A stretch of 62,467 nt of DNA, the filler included, from Bdellovibrionota bacterium (GTDB taxonomy: Bacteria; Bdellovibrionota; Bdellovibrionia; Bdellovibrionales; JAEYZS01): NCBI GenBank assembly GCA_963169515.1. It is 6 parts of 6 records of this genome, joined end to end, with 100 filler letters (N's around TTAATTAATTAA, not from the genome) between each part and the next. Parts side by side here need not be neighbours in the genome. Positions count along the whole stretch, not along the records: positions 26,127 to 34,650 come from CAUJEF010000141.1; positions 34,751 to 45,544 come from CAUJEF010000142.1; 4 more parts are not named here. One strand, given 5' to 3'. Under the pieces are notes generated by a model that ran no database searches, was not told the origin of the DNA, and saw only the letters and a program-made list of their open reading frames with translations. Of this stretch, positions 30,466 to 37,173 are shown one piece after another (within the stretch, counting starts at the first letter, position 1; each line of letters opens with the position of its first letter). Both the position numbers and the translations under genes were made by a program.

Positions 30466-30478
30466 TGATTTTAAGTAT

Positions 30479-31072
30479 ATGGAACAGTTTATTAACATTT
30501 TCAGATTCTGCCTGTTATTAACTTTAGTTGGTTGCTCGACTTTTCAAGGCATAACATCAACTACCGCGCCAAAATTTCCTGTTCTAGTTGTAAAAAGCGA
30601 TGTGAATGTTCGAACTTATGACGGAAAACAAGAAGCAAAGTCTGCAGGTCAAAAAATTGAAATGAACGACGGGCAGCCCATTTTGTTAGAGGCGCCAGGA
30701 AAAGTTAGTGTTCTGGTTTTGCCTACACAAGATTTATCCTCTGAAGTTACTGTGACTATGTCAGCTGTGCAAGAAATGGATATTAAAACTCAATCAATTA
30801 ATGCTGAACCTGTGCTAAACGATATTTTACCAAAAATCATTGAAATTCAAACCCTTTTAGCCAATAAACAGCCTCAAAAAGCAATGGAAAAATCAAAGTC
30901 TTTGCGGCAAACATATCCATTAATATCTTATTTAAAAGTCATAGAAGGAAGTTGCCTTGTCATGCTTGGAAAACTTGACGCAGCAAAAGTTCTTCTGAAA
31001 TCAGCGCTTGAGGATAATCCGGGGAACGAAACGGCACGCATCCTATTATCAAAACTTGAAGGAGTAAAATGA
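30479..31072 (+). CDS. Lipoprotein with C-terminal TPR-like repeats
   Basis: Lipobox LVG-C; G..LVMLGKLDAAKVLLKSALEDNPGN TPR pattern. Confidence 0.8.
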   Translation: MEQFINIFRFCLLLTLVGCSTFQGITSTTAPKFPVLVVKSDVNVRTYDGKQEAKSAGQKIEMNDGQPILLEAPGKVSVLVLPTQDLSSEVTVTMSAVQEMDIKTQSINAEPVLNDILPKIIEIQTLLANKQPQKAMEKSKSLRQTYPLISYLKVIEGSCLVMLGKLDAAKVLLKSALEDNPGNETARILLSKLEGVK

Positions 31073-32526
31073 GGTCTATCTCTATTATTATGATTTTTAT
31101 TTTTTCAATTCCCTCACTTGCTCTGCCGGAATTTGATCAGCTTTCTGCAATTAGAAGAAGTATTAAACAAGAAACTTCTAATATAATTCATAACATTGAC
31201 CCAAAAGCCTCCATTTACGTAAAATTAACTCCGGTTACTACAGAAATTAGTCTTCCCGGAACTCCATTTAACCTGGAAGATCTTACTTTAAAAAATCCAG
31301 AAGGCGCGATTATCCTAAAAGAAGTCAACATTAAGGTATTCACCAGACAAGACGATATACCAAAGGATTTTACTAATTATATAGAGCAGTATGTTTTTGA
31401 TGCGTATGGGGTGAAACCAACCATTGAAATAAGTAAATTTGACAATGCTCTCAACTGGAGTCGTCTTGTAATTTTTGACGTTTTAACAAAGCCGGAGAGT
31501 TTTATTACTGCTTTTTTAACCCTTATAATAGTCATTTTTTCCCTCGTCTTTGTGCTTTTTTATCGAACATCCAAAACAGAGTTCAATCGTACCTTAATCA
31601 AAGGGATCGATAAAATTTCCGAGTCTTTAGAATCAAGTCCCGACACACCTTATCTCGATAAGGATGAAAACAATAAGAGAGCTACAATTACCTCTGATGA
31701 AATGGATTTCGATAAAGATCTTATTGCAAATCTTCCAAACGAAGGACTTCTTAATTTGATCGCAGACTGTTATTGGTCCGAAAAAGATTCTTATGCCGCC
31801 TATGTTTGGAAATTTATTGGGATTGAAAAACGCAAGTACATTCTAGAACAAAGCACATGGCTAAAGGAATATTTAAAATATCTTGCAGAGGTTGCGCCAG
31901 AGCCTGGCAGTTATCATCAAGACCCATATTACCTCTCACCACTTCCACTTTGGCATTTGAATAATGACGAATTGGTAAAAGAAGTTAAAAAAAATAAAGA
32001 TCTTTTTTATCAATTACCACAATGCAGAACCGATAATATGCTAATAAGCGCAATAGAAAAAATTGGATTATTAAAATCAAAAAGCATCTCAAGTTCTGTG
32101 CACTTAGCAGATTTTAAAAACAAAAAAGCATCACAACCTCGTAAATTAAAAGTATCAATAAAACTTAATATTCAATCGATCGATGAGGAAAGAAAACTTT
32201 TAGAAGGTGGGCTGAGCTTTGAAATTATGGAGAGCATACCCTCTTTAGGATGGCTTTCTACTCTTTCTAATGAAAAAATTGAAGCTATTTTAAAAAATTT
32301 CAGTGCCGCAGAGCTTGCAAGTGCCTGGATCGGACCAGAGGAAGTCTTAGATAAATTAAAAACATGCATAGCTGAAAAAAAATTTAAATTATTGAATTCT
32401 TATTTGGAAAGAATAACACCTAATCGCTCCTCACGTGTTTTCTTTCTTTTACACAAATCTTCAATTGAAGAACTAAAAAATATGCATCATGAAAGCTTCA
32501 GCAATGACGCCAAAAAAGTTGCTTAA
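31069..32526 (+). CDS. Single-pass membrane protein: signal peptide, periplasmic FliF-RBM-like domain, TM, FliG-like cytoplasmic domains
   Basis: C-terminal LSTLSNEKIEAILKNFSAAELASAWIGPEEVLDKLKTCIAEKKFKLLNSYLERITPNR aligns by eye with FliG_C; one TM at about aa 145-165. Confidence 0.7.
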   Translation: MRSISIIMIFIFSIPSLALPEFDQLSAIRRSIKQETSNIIHNIDPKASIYVKLTPVTTEISLPGTPFNLEDLTLKNPEGAIILKEVNIKVFTRQDDIPKDFTNYIEQYVFDAYGVKPTIEISKFDNALNWSRLVIFDVLTKPESFITAFLTLIIVIFSLVFVLFYRTSKTEFNRTLIKGIDKISESLESSPDTPYLDKDENNKRATITSDEMDFDKDLIANLPNEGLLNLIADCYWSEKDSYAAYVWKFIGIEKRKYILEQSTWLKEYLKYLAEVAPEPGSYHQDPYYLSPLPLWHLNNDELVKEVKKNKDLFYQLPQCRTDNMLISAIEKIGLLKSKSISSSVHLADFKNKKASQPRKLKVSIKLNIQSIDEERKLLEGGLSFEIMESIPSLGWLSTLSNEKIEAILKNFSAAELASAWIGPEEVLDKLKTCIAEKKFKLLNSYLERITPNRSSRVFFLLHKSSIEELKNMHHESFSNDAKKVA

Positions 32527-33118
32527 ACAATCAGTTTACATCGTGCTGTGGTTGGTTTTAATGCCCATCCCTGTTCACGCAGATTCTATCGTAACCTACA
32601 TTCCCAAGGTAAATAGTGAGCCACAGAAACAATCACTTTATTTTTTGTCGGGTATTGGGTCTTACACAACACAGTATGCATCCCTTCAGGGAATCGATTT
32701 TGGAGTCGGATACAAAATAGCTTTCAGTGCAAAATGGGCTATGACAACCTCTGTTAAACAGTCTTTAAATATCAGCGGGTTTAAAAACTTAAACTCTGAA
32801 ATATCGCTCGGAGCTTCTTACGCCCTTAACAGACATTACTCAGAACGACAAAAAATCACATTGAATGGTATCGAAATGGCTGATGTTCGTCCTTATTATG
32901 AAAAGGGAATTTTTATTATAGGAAATATAGTACAATATTTTTTTAATGGGTCACAAAATGTAGTTCCCTTAACTGGTATTGGCTTTGGTGGATTATATCA
33001 TTTCGAGTCTAGCGGCAAGACCCAAACACATGTGGGGCTTAGTTATAATTTCGCACAGAATGAAGCAAATACGATTTCTACTATCAAAGTACTTTTTGGT
33101 TTCAGCTATTTTTTATAA
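32489..33118 (+). CDS. Small outer-membrane beta-barrel (start possibly 32504)
   Basis: Signal peptide (PVHA), about 8 amphipathic strands, C-terminal VLFGFSYFL beta-signal. Confidence 0.75.
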   Translation: MKASAMTPKKLLKQSVYIVLWLVLMPIPVHADSIVTYIPKVNSEPQKQSLYFLSGIGSYTTQYASLQGIDFGVGYKIAFSAKWAMTTSVKQSLNISGFKNLNSEISLGASYALNRHYSERQKITLNGIEMADVRPYYEKGIFIIGNIVQYFFNGSQNVVPLTGIGFGGLYHFESSGKTQTHVGLSYNFAQNEANTISTIKVLFGFSYFL

Positions 33119-33123
33119 TACTC

Positions 33124-33804
33124 TCATCTGCTATAATCTATCACTTCTATAGGGACTGTGAGCGGCTCTGGAATACCTTGCATATCCCATTTAGCAAATT
33201 CTTCAGCATAGTCTTGATAATATTCTCGCCGCTCGCTCTGATATAGGTGAAGTTTCCATAATTCTATACTAGGTGGACCTGGGACCAGAAGAATTCCATC
33301 TCGCAAATAAAGAATCCCTGTGTTTTCGAGAAACCTAAAATCAACAAAAACTGAGTTCTCTGGTCTTACGCCAATCGTGTCCGGCCCAACCTCTGGGGTT
33401 GTTATAAAGATTCCGGTCAAGTCCTCATTGTAATCCGTAATATATCCCGAATAATAAAAAGGAGTCCAACCCGCCCGCAACCCTTTGGTCTTCAATATTT
33501 CTTGCAATCCTTCTTTGCTAGTATAGTGGCGAAATACTTTTCCCTCTGAAGAAATGAGTTTAAGCGTCGGCGGCATCCCTACCCTAATTCGAATATAATG
33601 GGGCTCCTCTACGAACAGTTTATTTCTTTCCATCCCTCTCTTTGTTTGAGAAGCTTCAATCATATTTTTTGCAATCTCCAAAGAGGGATGATCGTTACCA
33701 AAGAGCGCATGACATGTGTCCAAAGCCTGAACAGGAAAAGACAATAAAATCGATATGAGCATCACCATACTCGGAATAATACCAGTCTTTATGAAAGTTT
33801 TCAT
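33124..33804 (-). CDS. Secreted protein with ADP-ribosyltransferase-like (Tox-ART-HYD1-like) domain
   Basis: Signal peptide; FRHYTSKEGLQEILKTKGLRAG...GIFITT. Confidence 0.6.
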   Translation of the reverse strand: MKTFIKTGIIPSMVMLISILLSFPVQALDTCHALFGNDHPSLEIAKNMIEASQTKRGMERNKLFVEEPHYIRIRVGMPPTLKLISSEGKVFRHYTSKEGLQEILKTKGLRAGWTPFYYSGYITDYNEDLTGIFITTPEVGPDTIGVRPENSVFVDFRFLENTGILYLRDGILLVPGPPSIELWKLHLYQSERREYYQDYAEEFAKWDMQGIPEPLTVPIEVIDYSR

Positions 33805-33839
33805 ATAAATTCTTAATTCAAATTTCTTGCCACCTGAGC
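33788..33839. repeat. 52-bp direct repeat, copy 1
   Basis: 50/52 identical to 34599-34650. Confidence 0.95.
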
Positions 33840-33873
33840 CGGTAATTCATCTGAATTCAATTAAGTGAAGTGT

Positions 33874-34182
33874 TTAAGCCACTTCTTTCTCTGCTTGCCA
33901 GATATCAAGTTGAACTTGCAAGTTCATCCACATTCTGGGGTTCGTTTTTAAAACTTTACTGATGAGTACAGCGAACTCAGCACTCATGGCTCTTTTTCCA
34001 CTGATCACCTCATTGAGTTTGGTCTGAATAGTGGATTTCTTTGACTGTCCACCAGAGGCATTTGCAAGTAGATCTGCAAAATGGGATTGTGTGTATCCCA
34101 GTTCGTCCAGCCAAAGTTCTTTAAGAATTTCTCCTGGATGAGTAGGTTGCCTTGTCGGCCTTTTTTTTGTTAATTTAGCCAT
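33874..34182 (-). CDS. higA: HigA-family antitoxin
   Basis: PTHPGEIL, LNEVISGKRAMS, WMNLQ. Confidence 0.92.
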   Translation of the reverse strand: MAKLTKKRPTRQPTHPGEILKELWLDELGYTQSHFADLLANASGGQSKKSTIQTKLNEVISGKRAMSAEFAVLISKVLKTNPRMWMNLQVQLDIWQAEKEVA

Positions 34183-34190
34183 ATAGTCTC

Positions 34191-34487
34191 CTAGTGATAG
34201 TCTTCTATTTTAACATTCACAAACTCATGATCGATAAACTGAAAGGTGATTCTCCAACCAGAAAGTTTGTGTACATCTATCGCCCAATCACCCTTGCGAT
34301 TACCAGTTAATGGGTGAAGGCGGATGCTGGGTGGGAATCCCTTCATTTTTAAATCTTCAAGACTTTCAACAGCTTCCATAACATCTAGCAAATGAATGGC
34401 TCTTTTCCAGTATTGCCTTGGTAGGCCCTTACAAGAGCCCTTGTGGAAAAGGTCGTAGGCCAACTTATTACCAAAGTCTTTTATCAT
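34191..34487 (-). CDS. higB: HigB/RelE-family toxin
   Basis: PPSIRLHPLTGNRKGDWAI, WRITFQF, EDYH; toxin-first gene order. Confidence 0.92.
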   Translation of the reverse strand: MIKDFGNKLAYDLFHKGSCKGLPRQYWKRAIHLLDVMEAVESLEDLKMKGFPPSIRLHPLTGNRKGDWAIDVHKLSGWRITFQFIDHEFVNVKIEDYH

Positions 34488-34598
34488 GATGAACCCTCAA
34501 GAAGCTATTCCACAATACTATATTACGGTAAAACAGTAAAGAATTATCTTAATTCTCGCCCATAGCCTCGAGAACTGCGCCTCAAGCCATCATGCGGT

Positions 34599-34650
34599 TT
34601 TATGAAAGCTTTCATATAAATTCTTAATTCAAATTTCTTGCCAACTGAGC
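34599..34650. repeat. 52-bp direct repeat, copy 2 (runs into the contig end)
   Basis: 50/52 identical to 33788-33839. Confidence 0.95.
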
Positions 34651-34750
34651 NNNNNNNNNNNNNNNNNNNNNNNNNNNNNNNNNNNNNNNNNNNNTTAATT
34701 AATTAANNNNNNNNNNNNNNNNNNNNNNNNNNNNNNNNNNNNNNNNNNNN
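34651..34750. other. Artificial contig linker
   Basis: N44-TTAATTAATTAA-N44. Confidence 0.98.
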
Positions 34751-35254
34751 CAATTAGGCTGGAACAAAGAAAAATTTTTGCGAGCACTTGAAACATTTAA
34801 AGGGGTTAAGCGCCGACAGGAGATTATCGGGCAACCTAATAATATCACGATTATAGAGGACTTTGCTCATCACCCGACCGCAGTAGAGGCAACTGTGGAT
34901 GCGGTTAAAGAACGCTATAAAAAATCAAAAGTCATAGCTTTGTTTGAGCCACGCTCGGCAACTTCCAGACGAAATTATTTTCAAAAAGACTATGTCCGCG
35001 CACTCAGAAAAGCAGATGTTGTCATTTTACCAGAGATTTTTCATGCCGCTCAGCTGAGCGGCGAGGAACAGTTGTCACCGAGAAAAATCATCGAAGATTT
35101 AGGCAAGCTGCAACGAGAAGCCTATTTTTTACCAAAAACAGAAGAGATTGTTAGTTTTTTAAAAGGATATGCAAAACCCGGCGATGTGGTGCTCATTATG
35201 AGTAATGGTTCGTTCTATGGGTTTTATAAAAAACTTTTCGATGTATTGAAATAA
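34751..35254 (+). CDS. mpl: Murein peptide ligase, 3' part (5' truncated)
   Basis: FKGVKRRQE, DFAHHPTA, FEPRSATSRR, IMSNGSF. Confidence 0.85.
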   Translation, partial: QLGWNKEKFLRALETFKGVKRRQEIIGQPNNITIIEDFAHHPTAVEATVDAVKERYKKSKVIALFEPRSATSRRNYFQKDYVRALRKADVVILPEIFHAAQLSGEEQLSPRKIIEDLGKLQREAYFLPKTEEIVSFLKGYAKPGDVVLIMSNGSFYGFYKKLFDVLK

Positions 35255-35333
35255 AGTTGTGGCAACTTACCCCGATATCTTAAAATTATTCTACCATATT
35301 TCCTTTAAAGTAGATTTGTTACGGTTACAGTAA

Positions 35334-35349
35334 GGGCACGCCAATTGCT
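35334..35349 (+). promoter_or_regulatory. sigma54 promoter flanked by 11-bp inverted repeats
   Basis: GGGCAC-GCCAA-TTGCT between ACGGTTACAGT (35321-35331) and ACTGTAACCGT (35355-35365). Confidence 0.7.
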
Positions 35350-35393
35350 CTTCAACTGTAACCGTTGCAATTTTCCACAAAGGAGATTTTTCG

Positions 35394-35972
35394 ATGAAAT
35401 TTTTATTATTCTTGTGTCTTTTGGGTCCTCAAGTTTATGCGGCTCCGGACACGCGATTGGATCCAAATGTTTTAGAACAAAACTTAGAAGCATTCCGTTC
35501 GGGCGATCAATACTATATGACTTCTCATGTTTTACTGGGGTCATTGGAAGGTGTTCTGGGATGGAAACTGATGCGATATGCGCAAGCTTTAGGTGCCGAT
35601 GCCCAACGTCTTAAAATTCTTGAAAGCCGAATTGCGGCTGATCGCGAAGAGTTAAAAACAATTAGCTTCGATGTTGGCCAAGGTGAATCGACAGTGAACG
35701 ACAAGCGAATGGACGTGCTCCATAGAATAGAGACAAATGAGCGAGAAATGTATGGCTTGCAACGGAATATACTGGCCCGAGCGACAAGATCTGGCTTACG
35801 AGTTCTTTCAGTTGCCGGAGTTGCTGCGATTGTTGTCAATGTAGGGGCAAAGGCCTACATAATTCTAGCCCTTGGGAAAAAAGCGAGCTTATTTCCAGTG
35901 ATTGAAGCATTAAGGGGGCAAGAAGGTCATGTCCTTAGCTACATTTCTAAAATGTCTGAATGGTCACGGTAG
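35394..35972 (+). CDS. Secreted helical hypothetical protein with hydrophobic segments
   Basis: AAGGAG RBS, signal peptide, coiled-coil, C-terminal hydrophobic helix. Confidence 0.75.
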   Translation: MKFLLFLCLLGPQVYAAPDTRLDPNVLEQNLEAFRSGDQYYMTSHVLLGSLEGVLGWKLMRYAQALGADAQRLKILESRIAADREELKTISFDVGQGESTVNDKRMDVLHRIETNEREMYGLQRNILARATRSGLRVLSVAGVAAIVVNVGAKAYIILALGKKASLFPVIEALRGQEGHVLSYISKMSEWSR

Positions 35973-36044
35973 GTAACTGAATGTTTCCAGTAGATAACTG
36001 ATTGGTCCCGATAGGTAAAATGTGAAAATGGTCTCGATAGGTTT
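35956..36044 (+). repeat. Degenerate 21-bp tandem repeat (3 copies plus 1 offset copy)
   Basis: CTGAATGGTCACGGTAGGTAA / CTGAATGTTTCCAGTAGATAA / CTGATTGGTCCCGATAGGTAA / GAAAATGGTCTCGATAGGTTT. Confidence 0.75.
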
Positions 36045-36060
36045 TCAGAAATTTATAAAC

Positions 36061-37119
36061 ATGAGAAATCCACTTCTCGCTTTTGTTTTTTTTCTGTCAG
36101 TCAATGCTGATGCCAGCAGTGTGTGTAATGATGTATTCTTAACTGCTTCTAAGCCAGGCTTTGTGCGGCCGATGCGAGCCTATGTACGAGAGGTCATTGA
36201 TACAAAGGGCCTTCGTATTTTTTTTAAACAGGATAATGAAGCCCCCCAATCCAAACAAAGCATTCGGGGCAAACAAAGTATCCGGGGCAAGCAAAGCATT
36301 CGGGGCCGAATATATAATTATTCAGTCAAGGAGCCGTCAAAAGCCATAACTGGATTTGTAATGGGCAAGCGACTTGTCCCGACGCTTGTGACAACAGGGA
36401 TTTTGTCTTCGGCTTTTGTTTATTATCCGATGGATTCATATTTAGATAGTCGAATAGAGCAGGTGGAAAATAGGCAGGAATTTGAAAACGCAGCGCTACT
36501 CAAATACGATTATCGATTCCGTGTATATGAGCAAGCCGTTGAAAAAAAAGAAATTTCATTTGATGAGGCCTTGGATCTTACGGCAATGCTTCGAGAAGTT
36601 TATAAACAATACTATGAGGCGTATTATATAAACGGGGTTCCATTTAATATTGAATACGATGTTACAAAGGCAAAAAATTCTGTCTTATATTCGGACCTGT
36701 TAGAGTTCTTGGAAAAAGGTGTCAGCAATCGGCCAGGGTTTCCCGTAGAAAAAGAGGGGATGCTTACATTGGAACAAAAAAAAGAACTGGTCCAGCTCAA
36801 GCATGAACTTTTGCTTAAGTATGCAGTGATAGATGATTATATTTTTCAACCTGAGCACTTAGGGGCTGTAAAAAAATCGAACTATATTAGCTCTATTATA
36901 AAACAAGTGGATGAGAACCCATACCGTGTGTCCCTGGAAAAGATGGTTTCCGAAGGGCGTATGCTAAAAGATGAATATCACTACCGTATGCAGAGGGACG
37001 CATATATGGAATATAACTACAAAATTTTTGCAGTAATGGGCATAAATCCTGTCGACAAAAATGGAAAGCCCTATACGCTTAACGATATTCGAGCTCAAAC
37101 CATTCAAAGTCTTCAGTAA
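36061..37119 (+). CDS. Secreted or membrane hypothetical protein
   Basis: Signal peptide MRNPLLAFVFFLSVNADA, one internal hydrophobic helix, KQSIRG x3. Confidence 0.75.
   Translation: MRNPLLAFVFFLSVNADASSVCNDVFLTASKPGFVRPMRAYVREVIDTKGLRIFFKQDNEAPQSKQSIRGKQSIRGKQSIRGRIYNYSVKEPSKAITGFVMGKRLVPTLVTTGILSSAFVYYPMDSYLDSRIEQVENRQEFENAALLKYDYRFRVYEQAVEKKEISFDEALDLTAMLREVYKQYYEAYYINGVPFNIEYDVTKAKNSVLYSDLLEFLEKGVSNRPGFPVEKEGMLTLEQKKELVQLKHELLLKYAVIDDYIFQPEHLGAVKKSNYISSIIKQVDENPYRVSLEKMVSEGRMLKDEYHYRMQRDAYMEYNYKIFAVMGINPVDKNGKPYTLNDIRAQTIQSLQ
36253..36306 (+). repeat. In-frame 18-bp tandem repeat x3 (KQSIRG)
   Basis: AAACAAAGCATTCGGGGC / AAACAAAGTATCCGGGGC / AAGCAAAGCATTCGGGGC. Confidence 0.95.
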
Positions 37120-37173
37120 CGCGCCATGGCCATAACAGACATAGCCGATCAATTATGTTAGCTGTTTTTTCCT

